From an uncultured Clostridia bacterium (lineage in GTDB: Bacteria; Bacillota; Clostridia; Christensenellales; UBA1242), in NCBI GenBank assembly GCA_934757855.1, contig CAKVLR010000002.1:93825-157824 (forward strand): a stretch of 64,000 nucleotides of DNA, in the 5' to 3' direction. Positions 9,904-19,342 of the stretch are shown here, piece after piece. Position numbers and translations under genes: made by a program. The notes under the pieces were generated by a model. The model did no database searches. It had not been told where the DNA came from and worked only from the letters and a program-made list of their open reading frames with translations. Each line of letters starts with the position of its first letter. Position 1 is the first letter of the stretch.

Positions 9904-10836
9904 CTATTTCTCCGATTTTATTTTATAAACCTTACGGGTAGCAAAATCAATCGCAGTCTTGTACCAATCACCAATTTGAGCGTGAATTTCTGGGTCGTTT
10001 AAAATCTCAAACGCCTCGCGCTTGGTTAAATCTTGCATTTTTTCTAACAAATACATCATTTTTTCGTGTTGCTTATCTGCCGAAATTTTTGAATTAGCGC
10101 TCTCATTCATTTTTTCCCAATTTTTCAAAACCTTAGCGCGTTGCTCACTGATACGCTCGTTGTATTTCTCCGCATCTGATTGAGTTTTGAGATACTTTTC
10201 ATTAAGTTCATCAACTTTCTTTTCCAACTCGCTAGCATATTTAATATCAAATTTATCAAGTGCCACTTGAAATTCATTTTCTACGATACTACGCTTCAAT
10301 GAAATTTCCGCGAGTTTGCGATTTGCTTCATTCAGTGAGTTTTGCAATTCATAATCAATGCGGTCTTGCACACCTTGCTGACCATTAAAAGCAATACTGC
10401 TCGATTGAACACCGTTTGCAATATTTTGCGCTTGATTTGTTGCCAAACCTGATTGCAAATTTTGAGCATATTGATATTTTGAGTTTTCCAAATCTTGATT
10501 TACTTTTTCAGTTTGAAGTTTAATATTTTCAATATCAATATCGCGTTCACGATTAATTTTATCTATATTTGATTTTCGATAATCTTCTAACGCCCCACTT
10601 GCAACAACTTTCATCTCTCGCTCACTAGGCACATTTGAATTGATATAGTCCAGCCCCTCATAAATTTCATCAGGGTTAGGAGTTAAATATTTCCCCTCAT
10701 ATTCTTTGTCAATTTTTCGCAACCCCTCTCTTACCGCTTCAATATCATTTTCGGTAATTGTTTTAGGCGCATTGGTAGATTGTCCTTCCGTATTTTCATT
10801 TTGAACCTGTTTTTGTTCCTCTATTTCCAATGACAT
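9904..10836 (-). CDS. Phage-cluster protein, coiled-coil rich, unknown function
   Basis: The ORF ends 1 nt before the holin start. The ATG at 10836 has a GGAGGTG RBS 6 nt upstream, whereas the ORF-track start at 10851 lies inside that RBS. No lysin motifs recognised. Confidence 0.55.
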   Translation of the reverse strand: MSLEIEEQKQVQNENTEGQSTNAPKTITENDIEAVREGLRKIDKEYEGKYLTPNPDEIYEGLDYINSNVPSEREMKVVASGALEDYRKSNIDKINRERDIDIENIKLQTEKVNQDLENSKYQYAQNLQSGLATNQAQNIANGVQSSSIAFNGQQGVQDRIDYELQNSLNEANRKLAEISLKRSIVENEFQVALDKFDIKYASELEKKVDELNEKYLKTQSDAEKYNERISEQRAKVLKNWEKMNESANSKISADKQHEKMMYLLEKMQDLTKREAFEILNDPEIHAQIGDWYKTAIDFATRKVYKIKSEK

Positions 10837-10950
10837 AACAGCCACCTCCATATCTTAAATATTTATTTTTCTTAATTAACTTAATACTTTCCATAACCTT
10901 AATCTTACTTGTATAAATTTTACAACACCCCCGTTTTGACACGGAATTTA

Positions 10951-11010
10951 TAGTACTATGCTAGGTACTATGCATAGGTATTATGCATTGCATAGTACTG
11001 CATAGTACCT
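10951..11010. repeat. Nested palindromic array of the GGTACTATGCA subrepeat (2 forward and 2 reverse copies plus 1 degenerate)
   Basis: Copies are GTACTATGC 10953-10961, GGTACTATGCA 10964-10974, TGCATAGTAC 10989-10998 and TGCATAGTACC 10999-11009. 10964-11009 is a near-perfect palindrome. Confidence 0.9.
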
Positions 11011-11513
11011 CAATTTTTCACAAAAGAAAATTCTCTCCCCACAATCAATAATGTCATTTTATGAAACACTGCTTGGTCTGCCGTACCCGTATAGGTATAA
11101 ACACCTATATTAGAAGTTCCCGTTGAATTAGTAAAGTAGCCAGCCGTTCGAAGCGAATTGCTCCCTTTTATACTTTTACTTTCATAACCATTTCTAGCGC
11201 TATTAACATAAAGCGTAGAAGTAACTGACATTTTTGCGGAAGTAGTAACATCAGAAAACAAACATACCATTATGTACTCATTAGGTGGAAATGAAATTGC
11301 CCCTAAAAGACTATACTTTTCCGCAATAGAGTTTGAAGTAAAACCGTCATAGTCATATCTTTCAATTTTGACTTCATTTTCACCCAAACTTGTATCACTT
11401 GAATTGCTATTTTTACTTTCTAATACTTCCAATCTTTCAAGCAACAACTCAACTTTATCATCTAGTTCTTTTGCTAGTTTATAACCCTTTTTACCTTCAT
11501 CTTCAAATATCAT
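11010..11513 (-). CDS. Phage-cluster protein with an N-terminal coiled coil and a beta-rich C-terminal domain (possible fibre or receptor-binding protein)
   Basis: 167 aa with a GGAG RBS. The function is guessed only from position after the 497-aa ORF and from composition. Confidence 0.45.
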   Translation of the reverse strand: MIFEDEGKKGYKLAKELDDKVELLLERLEVLESKNSNSSDTSLGENEVKIERYDYDGFTSNSIAEKYSLLGAISFPPNEYIMVCLFSDVTTSAKMSVTSTLYVNSARNGYESKSIKGSNSLRTAGYFTNSTGTSNIGVYTYTGTADQAVFHKMTLLIVGREFSFVKN

Positions 11514-11522
11514 AGTTTTCTC

Positions 11523-13016
11523 CTAACACAATGCAATTTCTAACACTGGATTTGAAATTTCGCAAGTATCAGCAGTTGATTTTATAGTAATGCTAAATTT
11601 ATTGGCAATTACATTTATCGGTATACGGACAGTGGTATCACTCCCCTTCCCTTTAAATGTATATTTCTTGCCATTCGCGTTAATTTCCAAAATAATATCA
11701 GTTTTTGTATCAATATACAAAGATTTTATTACTTTTTTGTAAGTAGGATAGCCCATATCGGTAAATGGAGAGTCCCAAATTTTTTGAGTAGCCACTCCAT
11801 AAACCTTACCATCGTGCGTAACTTCACTAACGATATTACATTTTTCACCATTACTACATACTACCAATTTTGAATAATCACCCGTTTGAAATGCTGTCAA
11901 TCTACTAATATCAACGCCACGCAAAATATTTAACTCACCAGTATTTACATCAAATTCTAGCAGTGTATTATTAATATAAGTCGTGCTTTCACAACCAATA
12001 GTCCTACTATCATCATAGTTTAATTTGCAAGCCACATAATATTTACCAGCCAAAAATGCACCTACCGCGTTAGAGTTATCCACATTTTCAAAATATTTAT
12101 CTAACCCAAGTTGCAATTTTGTCATATCACCGCCATCAAAATAGTACAATCCATCTTTACACATCATCATTATGATTTTTCCGCACAAAACTGCAGTGTT
12201 GTGGTAAATTTTCCCCGTGGATAAGTACATATTTTTTACATTAAAATTACTTTGCAACCCCCAACCAGACACTCGCGTAATGCCAAAATCGCGTATTACA
12301 TACAAGTAATTATTTGATTCAACCACCTTTTTAAGTGGCCCGCGCTCATCAGTAAGTTCAATATAACCGCCATCAAATTCGCTAACTTTCCACGAAGTTG
12401 GGTCTAGGTCATCACTAAACCACAACTGACTTTGGTCGCCACCAGTTGTCGCAAACAACCTCCCCGCGTGTAGAGCAACTGAAGTAATTGACGGCACATT
12501 ATCAGTATATAAATGTCGCGTAGCCGTACTATAAACACCAATTATATTCGGCACACAACAAAGGAAACTATCTGTACCCTTTATCCTATAATTTACGCCC
12601 GCTGGTTCAACATTAAATGTTAACCCTGTATCTAAGTACAAATCTTCATAAGTAGATACACGCCAATAATACAATTTTTTATCATCGCAATAAATCATTA
12701 AATATGGTGAAAATCTTTTTCCAGCATTATCATAACGCCTAAAAAGCCACGCATTGATGATTTTTGTTACGCCTTCGGGTGTAGGTATTGACCTAGGCAC
12801 TCCCACAAGGTCTGGCATTTCCAAAACTTTTAACCCCAATCCCTCTTTCAGCGCACCCGAACTATAACTATAATTAAATGTGTTTACGGCATAATTTAGA
12901 GGTAAGATATTTTCACTTACTTTTGTATTGATACCTTTCGAAAAGTCACTCAATTTTACCTTTAATAAAGATTTATTGTTATTTGGTAATTTTTCAGTGT
13001 AAAACACTAAATCCAC
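11523..13016 (-). CDS. Phage-cluster structural protein, 497 aa (possible short-tail or nozzle component)
   Basis: Large beta-rich ORF downstream of the capsid/adaptor-sized genes. GTG start overlaps the upstream gene by 10 nt. Function inferred from position only. Confidence 0.5.
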   Translation of the reverse strand: MDLVFYTEKLPNNNKSLLKVKLSDFSKGINTKVSENILPLNYAVNTFNYSYSSGALKEGLGLKVLEMPDLVGVPRSIPTPEGVTKIINAWLFRRYDNAGKRFSPYLMIYCDDKKLYYWRVSTYEDLYLDTGLTFNVEPAGVNYRIKGTDSFLCCVPNIIGVYSTATRHLYTDNVPSITSVALHAGRLFATTGGDQSQLWFSDDLDPTSWKVSEFDGGYIELTDERGPLKKVVESNNYLYVIRDFGITRVSGWGLQSNFNVKNMYLSTGKIYHNTAVLCGKIIMMMCKDGLYYFDGGDMTKLQLGLDKYFENVDNSNAVGAFLAGKYYVACKLNYDDSRTIGCESTTYINNTLLEFDVNTGELNILRGVDISRLTAFQTGDYSKLVVCSNGEKCNIVSEVTHDGKVYGVATQKIWDSPFTDMGYPTYKKVIKSLYIDTKTDIILEINANGKKYTFKGKGSDTTVRIPINVIANKFSITIKSTADTCEISNPVLEIALC

Positions 13017-13576
13017 CGCCTTTTTTTGACAGTTTTCATAGATTTTGGGCTATTTCGCATCAAAATTGCACGCTCAAACATTACTTCCCACGCATCAGCA
13101 TCACTAAACATACCACTCATTAAATAATATCGACTAACCACCCCGATAGCAAAGAGCCTTTTTGAAACTTTATCTACCGCAATCTCGACTGAATCGGTAA
13201 AATTTGCAGAATATTGAGGCAAATATGTATAAATTACGCGTAATTTGCCATTTTTTGCTTCAAAATATGTAGGAAAAATAGAAAAATCAACATCATAACC
13301 GCGTTCATCTACTATTTTTAGAATATCTAAAACGGGTTTAGTTAGCGTGCTAAACTGCACTTTATCGTTAGAATTTGTGATAATTTCTTCATATTTTAAC
13401 GGAAAATACATAGTTGCCAAACTTTGAGTAACATCATTTACACAAGTAAGTAGTAGATTTAACTTTTCCGCTTGTTGGTCAGTTGCTGTTTCCGTTCCGC
13501 CTAATTGAGTTGTATCTTTTAGTGCGGTATCGCCTAAATATTCAGCAACTAGTGCAAGCACTTCCTTTACAGTCAT
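13007..13576 (-). CDS. Phage-cluster protein (possible head-tail adaptor)
   Basis: ATG at 13576 preceded by GGAGAG. The position after the capsid genes suggests a connector role. No motif recognised. Confidence 0.45.
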   Translation of the reverse strand: MTVKEVLALVAEYLGDTALKDTTQLGGTETATDQQAEKLNLLLTCVNDVTQSLATMYFPLKYEEIITNSNDKVQFSTLTKPVLDILKIVDERGYDVDFSIFPTYFEAKNGKLRVIYTYLPQYSANFTDSVEIAVDKVSKRLFAIGVVSRYYLMSGMFSDADAWEVMFERAILMRNSPKSMKTVKKRRWI

Positions 13577-13587
13577 AATCTCTCCTT

Positions 13588-13968
13588 TTATACCCATTCA
13601 GTTGAATAACTATCTTTAAAATCACAGTCATCAACTTTATTTTTGGCATAATTAAACATTTCTCGCGCTTTCCAAGAAGCCTTGTCCAATACTTTATTTT
13701 TTTGGTCCAACTCCAATTTTTCATTGTGAGCAGTGATTTCTGCAATAATATTTTGCATATTTTCAATACGCGTTTTGCGCAATTTATTTATCACATTGAA
13801 ATTTAAGCCATTGTCGCATACTATGCAAAAAGTATTTGTTTTTTGCGATTTATTGTGTATTTCATAACGATTTTTGGTGGTATTATACACTGCATAGTAC
13901 CCTTTGTCTATTTTTTTAATGCGCTCTACAATATTAAAAGCGTCCGATTTGATTTTGATTAATGCCAT
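13588..13968 (-). CDS. Phage-cluster hypothetical protein, 126 aa
   Basis: ORF tightly packed after capsid paralog B. It contains two copies of the dispersed subrepeat (13819-13827 and 13891-13901). Confidence 0.5.
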   Translation of the reverse strand: MALIKIKSDAFNIVERIKKIDKGYYAVYNTTKNRYEIHNKSQKTNTFCIVCDNGLNFNVINKLRKTRIENMQNIIAEITAHNEKLELDQKNKVLDKASWKAREMFNYAKNKVDDCDFKDSYSTEWV

Positions 13969-13977
13969 ATTTTACTC

Positions 13978-15156
13978 CTAGTTAGTAACAGTAAGTTTTA
14001 ATACTCTGTTTGGTCTATCGCAAATTAAGTCGCAATATTTTACAAGTGTAGCGATATGCGTTGCATAATTTTCGCGTTGATGCAATACTTCACCTTTATT
14101 ATTTGACAACCAAGTCCAGTCGCATAATTGATGCAAATGGAACACGCTTGAATCAAGCAAGTAAGCAGAATTTTCAGGACAGAAACGAGTTGCAACCACA
14201 GGCACACCATTAAATGTAATAGTTTTGCTCCCTCCTGCCAAATTCATAACATCAGTATTGTAAGAACTTGCTTTTAGTTTGTCTTGCAATTTCCTACGGA
14301 AACTAAAACTACTAGTAATGAAATCCACATTTCCGTCATAATTTAACCTAATATCATCTATTAGTTGCATAAATTTAGGCATAGTGAATTGTGCAGTAGT
14401 CAAACTTGTTGTACTACCTGTCATATAAGAAACAGTCGAACGGTCTATGCCATAAAGTGTTGTGATAGTAGAATCACAAATACCAGCAAGACCTATAAAT
14501 TCCTTTCCTTTTGAATTTGTTAAATAAATAGAAATTTTCGTTTCATCTTCGTATTTTTCTGGAATTACAGTGCTTAATGTAATAACAGAATCTTTGTCAT
14601 CAACATCGACAATTTCTACATTTTTCAATTCAGGCATAAGTGTACCTGTTGAATCATACACATCTACACGCATACCGATTGCACCAACCGAACCTTCTGC
14701 AAGTTTTAGACTAGCCTCACCTGGTGTAAAAGTGTCCGAAGTGCCAAGCAACCCTGTACCGTTGCTATACAACATTCTCCTAAAATTGAATTTACTTGAT
14801 TCAATTAGATTTTCCATCTCTGCATTTAATAAATTTAAGAAAGCACCCGCCTCATCACGACTAGCGCGAATCGCCTTATCACTAATCTCAATAGTACCGT
14901 AAAGGTTTTTGAGTTTAGAAGTAAGAGTTGCGTAAGAATTTTCTTTTGCAGTTGGCAAAGCACCTATTTCAGTACCCGCGCCAATACCGCCGTTAATTCC
15001 AAGCGGAATCATTTTTTTAATCTCATTTCCTGCAACACTTTGAGTGGTTTGCTCAATTTTTGCAAAAAATGGGTCGACCGCGTTTTTTAGTTGGTCGGTT
15101 ATTACTTCTAGATAAACATTTTTCAATGCATTATCCGCAGTTGACAATGAAATCAT
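13978..15156 (-). CDS. Major capsid protein paralog B (392 aa)
   Basis: Collinear similarity to the upstream 392-aa ORF along the whole length (GINGGIGAG, LKNLYG.IEI.DKAIRAS, HQLCDW.WL, ATLVKY.DLIC.RPN). Its position after the scaffold-like gene fits a capsid protein. Confidence 0.6.
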   Translation of the reverse strand: MISLSTADNALKNVYLEVITDQLKNAVDPFFAKIEQTTQSVAGNEIKKMIPLGINGGIGAGTEIGALPTAKENSYATLTSKLKNLYGTIEISDKAIRASRDEAGAFLNLLNAEMENLIESSKFNFRRMLYSNGTGLLGTSDTFTPGEASLKLAEGSVGAIGMRVDVYDSTGTLMPELKNVEIVDVDDKDSVITLSTVIPEKYEDETKISIYLTNSKGKEFIGLAGICDSTITTLYGIDRSTVSYMTGSTTSLTTAQFTMPKFMQLIDDIRLNYDGNVDFITSSFSFRRKLQDKLKASSYNTDVMNLAGGSKTITFNGVPVVATRFCPENSAYLLDSSVFHLHQLCDWTWLSNNKGEVLHQRENYATHIATLVKYCDLICDRPNRVLKLTVTN

Positions 15157-15175
15157 ATTAATTTTTACCTCCCCA

Positions 15176-16354
15176 TTATAAATTGTAAATTAATGCTTGC
15201 GCATTTGGTCTGTTACAAATTAAGTCAGCGTACTTAACCAAAGTAGCACTGTAAGTAGCATAACCTTCTTTTTGTTTCAAAATTGAGCCATCGTTGTGAG
15301 TCAACCATTCCCAGTCGCATAATTGATGCAAAGTAAACATATCAGTATTGAGTAACATAATGTTGCTAGTGGTTTCAAATCTATTTCTCAAAACTGGAAT
15401 ACCGCAGAATGATACGCTCGTAAAGCCACCTTTTAGGTTAGTGCTATCCAAGTTTTTAGCATATCCAGAAAGCATACCCATAATTGTGTACACAATGTCA
15501 CCACCACACAAAATTACATTTGGTTGGTAGTTTGACTTCATTTCTACTTCATCAATTAATTTTTGGATAAAAGTTTCATTAAATGTGTCGCTGGTGTTTT
15601 TTGCGTATTTTATAGGCATCAAATTTTGATAATTTGCTCTATTTAAGCCATAAAGTGTAGTGCTACTACCAAAAATTGCGCCAAGACCAGTCAATTCTCT
15701 GTCTTTACTGCCCTGAATGTAAACTTTGTATTTTGAAATATTAGCAGTGGTAAAAGTAGATGAAACTGTACTCAAAGTTATCTTTTTGTTACTTCTATCC
15801 ACTTTTACAACTTCCACACCAGACATATTTGCATCTAATAGGTCACTACTGTAAAAGTCAAGTAGCATACCCTCCATAAATACTGTTGCATTTGAAACGG
15901 TCATTGTTTTGTTTGTTGCATCAATCGCAGTGATTGAGCCACCCAAACTTCCTGTACCATCTCCATAAAACATACGACCCAAGTTAAATTTACTTGCTTG
16001 CAATAATCCGTCCATTTCAGCAGTCAACAAGTTTACAAACGCGCCCTCATCATTTTCTGATGCACGAATTGCTTTATCAGTTATCTCAATTTTACCATAA
16101 AGGTTTTTAAGAGAAGTCGTAAAACTTGCATACTTGCTTTCACGACTGGTTGGCAAAGCGCCGTCCTCATCACCAGCGCCTATACCTCCATTAATTCCAT
16201 ACGGAACAAGTTTAATAATGTTTCTACCATAAACATCAGCCGAACTTTGTTTAATCATATTAAAAATAGGGTCAACCTGAGTGTTCAACTGATTGCTCAA
16301 TGCTTCCAAATACACGGTTTTTAGTGCATTTTGTGCATTACTTAATGTAATCAT
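15176..16354 (-). CDS. Major capsid protein paralog A (392 aa)
   Basis: First ORF after the scaffold-like gene, with size and composition typical of capsid proteins. It is a paralog of 13978-15156. Confidence 0.6.
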   Translation of the reverse strand: MITLSNAQNALKTVYLEALSNQLNTQVDPIFNMIKQSSADVYGRNIIKLVPYGINGGIGAGDEDGALPTSRESKYASFTTSLKNLYGKIEITDKAIRASENDEGAFVNLLTAEMDGLLQASKFNLGRMFYGDGTGSLGGSITAIDATNKTMTVSNATVFMEGMLLDFYSSDLLDANMSGVEVVKVDRSNKKITLSTVSSTFTTANISKYKVYIQGSKDRELTGLGAIFGSSTTLYGLNRANYQNLMPIKYAKNTSDTFNETFIQKLIDEVEMKSNYQPNVILCGGDIVYTIMGMLSGYAKNLDSTNLKGGFTSVSFCGIPVLRNRFETTSNIMLLNTDMFTLHQLCDWEWLTHNDGSILKQKEGYATYSATLVKYADLICNRPNAQALIYNL

Positions 16355-16364
16355 ATTTTATCTC

Positions 16365-17210
16365 CTATTTAAAAAAATTTTTTGCCAGTTCTCTTGCCTC
16401 TGCCATATTTTGCACAGTTTTATGCACTTCGGCGCTATATTGTGCGCCCTCGGCTTTTGCAATAACTGACGGTGCAGACTTGTGAGTCTTAACTCTATTT
16501 AGGTAATCATTTACAATCAAATTGTATATTTTTTGATTATTTAAAGCACTTTTTGCAATAAAATCATCGTTTATATCTATTTTTTGCTCCTTTTTTTGCA
16601 AAATTTTGACCCAAGAGTTTAACAAAGGGGCTTCGCTACTTTGCACAGCCTTGTCTTTGACTAGCATTTCCGCTATCTCTTTTGAATGATTTTTTGCATC
16701 GGGAAATTCCTCAAAAAATTTATTTACCTTTTCGTTCCAGTCCGCACTTTCCCATATTTTGGTAACGCTTTTGGGGGCTTGCGCCTTGTCCAAATTTTCA
16801 TCAGGGGTAATTTGTACCTTATCTGATGAGCCGTTTTCTTCAATTTTAGAGACAACCTCTCCTTCATTTACAGAAGAAATCTCTTGTCTAAAATCGTTTA
16901 AATCATCATTTTTTTGTGAATTTTCTTCATTTTGAGTGTTAATTGGGGTATTTTCGCTTGATTTTGCGCATAGTTCTGCCTTGTTTTCGGCGTTTTCAGG
17001 TTCAGCGTTAGTTTTTGAGATATTTTCATCGCTATTTTGCATATTTTTCTTCATTTTTGCCAATTCCATAGCATTTTTGGTAAAACAACTTCTCAAACTA
17101 TCGTAGGCATCTTTAAGCGTTTTTACCGACTTGAATGTTCCTAAATCAGTACCATCATTTTTTAACTCCCCCTCAAAAGAAGGCAATTCAAAAGGTAATT
17201 TTTCTTCCAT
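16365..17210 (-). CDS. Scaffold-like protein (acidic, low complexity)
   Basis: 281 aa, E/N/K-rich and predicted helical, located between the portal and capsid genes. Confidence 0.4.
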   Translation of the reverse strand: MEEKLPFELPSFEGELKNDGTDLGTFKSVKTLKDAYDSLRSCFTKNAMELAKMKKNMQNSDENISKTNAEPENAENKAELCAKSSENTPINTQNEENSQKNDDLNDFRQEISSVNEGEVVSKIEENGSSDKVQITPDENLDKAQAPKSVTKIWESADWNEKVNKFFEEFPDAKNHSKEIAEMLVKDKAVQSSEAPLLNSWVKILQKKEQKIDINDDFIAKSALNNQKIYNLIVNDYLNRVKTHKSAPSVIAKAEGAQYSAEVHKTVQNMAEARELAKNFFK

Positions 17211-17221
17211 TTCCCTAACTC

Positions 17222-19138
17222 CTATTTTTCAATATTATTGTTACTTTCGGCAAGCAAAGTTAATTTTTTAAATTGCTTGTGCTTGCGAATATGTGCTAAC
17301 ATTTTGTCACGAATTTCAGGTTTTTCGCGTGAAATTTTATCAAATTCTCCACTTAACATAAAAGCAATGTGAGCATTGATATGCAAATCGTGGTCGTGAA
17401 TTTCCATAACCTCAGGTTCTTTTCCGTCCAAAAATTCTATATTCTCACGCTTCGCTTTTTCAAGTTGTAGATTATTGTTATCAAGTGCATCTTCCCAAAT
17501 ACCAAATCCCAACAACTCCAAAATTTTTAGCCTCATCGCATTTGACAACTTGCCATTTTCATCGTGTAGTAACCCAGCATTTAGTAAATCAAAAATCATA
17601 CTGCGCTTTTGAGCGACTGTTTCGCCGAGTTCTGTTTCCGTTTCAAACACTACATCATCAGTAGTAATCGCACGATTGTCCCAGTAAAATAATTTACTTG
17701 TTCCGTTTTCACCTACTAATTTACTCATTCTCTGCGCATTTACAAATTGCTTGTATAAACGCAAAATTTGAATACCTATTTCTTTAATTGCAAATTTTAT
17801 GTACTCACCACTTGATGAAATTCTCATATCTTCTTGCTCCATTAAAATTTGCAACGCAACACCACTCATATTTGAAATTGCGCTTGCGTTTGAACCGAAT
17901 AAATCACTTACGCCACTGATATTTAAAAATTCATTTAGCAATCTTTCTTCTTCATCTCTAAAATCAGAAGGCAAAGATGCGTTCGACATAAATTGAGGAG
18001 CGCGTGAACCTTGTCTATAAACCAAAATTTTCCCTGGGCTTAAACCTTCTTCTTCCAAATTATCAATATCGACAGAGCCGTCCTCAACGCTTACTATCCC
18101 CATACAAAGTCTATTCATAAATTCGTGTTTACGGTTTTTGATTGCGTTGTAGGCGCGTTGAACAGGAATAGAGCGTTCAACTATACTTGTACCCCAAAAT
18201 AACGAAGGTTGTCCAACACTAATTTGTCGAATAAACGGAAAACCGCGTTCGCCATTTTGCAAATTTTTGTAAGGCAATTCCCCATCATAGAGCAATTTAT
18301 CGCCAGCAATAATTACAAGCCTACCATCAGGGCGGTCTTTTGTCGGCATTTCGTAGCGTTCGATAACCATAGCGTGGTCGTGTTTTATCGTTTTTGTCAT
18401 TTTTGCAGATTTGCTAGCATATCCCAGACCACCCGCTACTTGCGAATTTGATAAATTATATGTATCAATATCTTCACCTTTAACCGTTACGCCCCAGTGT
18501 TTTTTAATTGTTTCCACATGGTAGGCACGAGCGTGAATTAGACTGCGACAACTATCTAGTGACTCACACGAATTGCTATCAGGGTAAATTTCAAATGGTG
18601 AACATACGATAACATCGACATCACCCTCAAAAATCTTTTCACCCAAAGTCGTTAGCCCAACCACGGAGCCTGCACTATCGTTCCATACTACCTTGTAAAA
18701 ACTCGTTCCACAAATTTCACTCCATTTGGTCGCTTGCGAAACCAATTCGCTAAGTTCAAGTTTTGAAGATACTGAATCTAAAATATCTTTACAAATATGT
18801 GCATTGCTTACATCATCTTCATCACCACTCGCAGGCAACACTGTCATAGTCGGACGGACTTTCGCCAATTTGGAAAGCCTTGTTTCCACCAACGGTGCTA
18901 TATGATTGTAAACTTCTCGTTCTTGCCAAAAATACTGCTTGTCAAAATCATCAAGCGTATCATTTGAACCAATCCCACAATACTGATTGCCCATAACAAA
19001 ATTGATATTTAATTGCCATTGAGCATCAAATGGTCGGCGCTCCTCTTGCCTTCGCTCAAAATCTTTTTTAATTTCACCGACCAGTTCTCTTTCTGCTAAA
19101 TTTTTAGATTTTTGCGCATTTTTTTGCGTATTTTGCAT
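17222..19138 (-). CDS. Portal protein (candidate)
   Basis: 638 aa with a GGAG RBS. Size and position between the terminase genes and the scaffold/capsid genes are those of a portal. The family was not identified by motif. Confidence 0.6.
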   Translation of the reverse strand: MQNTQKNAQKSKNLAERELVGEIKKDFERRQEERRPFDAQWQLNINFVMGNQYCGIGSNDTLDDFDKQYFWQEREVYNHIAPLVETRLSKLAKVRPTMTVLPASGDEDDVSNAHICKDILDSVSSKLELSELVSQATKWSEICGTSFYKVVWNDSAGSVVGLTTLGEKIFEGDVDVIVCSPFEIYPDSNSCESLDSCRSLIHARAYHVETIKKHWGVTVKGEDIDTYNLSNSQVAGGLGYASKSAKMTKTIKHDHAMVIERYEMPTKDRPDGRLVIIAGDKLLYDGELPYKNLQNGERGFPFIRQISVGQPSLFWGTSIVERSIPVQRAYNAIKNRKHEFMNRLCMGIVSVEDGSVDIDNLEEEGLSPGKILVYRQGSRAPQFMSNASLPSDFRDEEERLLNEFLNISGVSDLFGSNASAISNMSGVALQILMEQEDMRISSSGEYIKFAIKEIGIQILRLYKQFVNAQRMSKLVGENGTSKLFYWDNRAITTDDVVFETETELGETVAQKRSMIFDLLNAGLLHDENGKLSNAMRLKILELLGFGIWEDALDNNNLQLEKAKRENIEFLDGKEPEVMEIHDHDLHINAHIAFMLSGEFDKISREKPEIRDKMLAHIRKHKQFKKLTLLAESNNNIEK

Positions 19139-19152
19139 AAATTTTCTCCTTT

Positions 19153-19341
19153 TTAAGCATTAAATTTACTTTTTACCGATTTAGGGACCAAGTTTTTCCC
19201 TAAATTTTCATAGAGGTCACGAGCGCATTTTTCACACAAGCAAACCGAATACTTGCTAAAATTTATCTTGTATTTAGGTGCGTTCGTACACCCAACATCG
19301 CCCGCGCATTTTACCTTTCGAGTTTGAATAGTTAGTTGCAT
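19153..19341 (-). CDS. Small Cys-rich (zinc-ribbon-like) phage-cluster protein, 62 aa
   Basis: ATG at 19341 with an AGGAGGTG RBS. The ORF-track start at 19404 overlaps the upstream gene. Cysteine pattern is C-x5-C ... C-x-C-x2-C. Confidence 0.5.
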   Translation of the reverse strand: MQLTIQTRKVKCAGDVGCTNAPKYKINFSKYSVCLCEKCARDLYENLGKNLVPKSVKSKFNA

Positions 19342-19342
19342 A

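Noticed and set aside
13542-13766. 74-aa ORF overlapping 13588-13968 and 13007-13576 in another frame
   Set aside because: It is embedded in two better-supported, RBS-preceded genes and has a lysine-rich composition typical of an off-frame AT-rich read-through.
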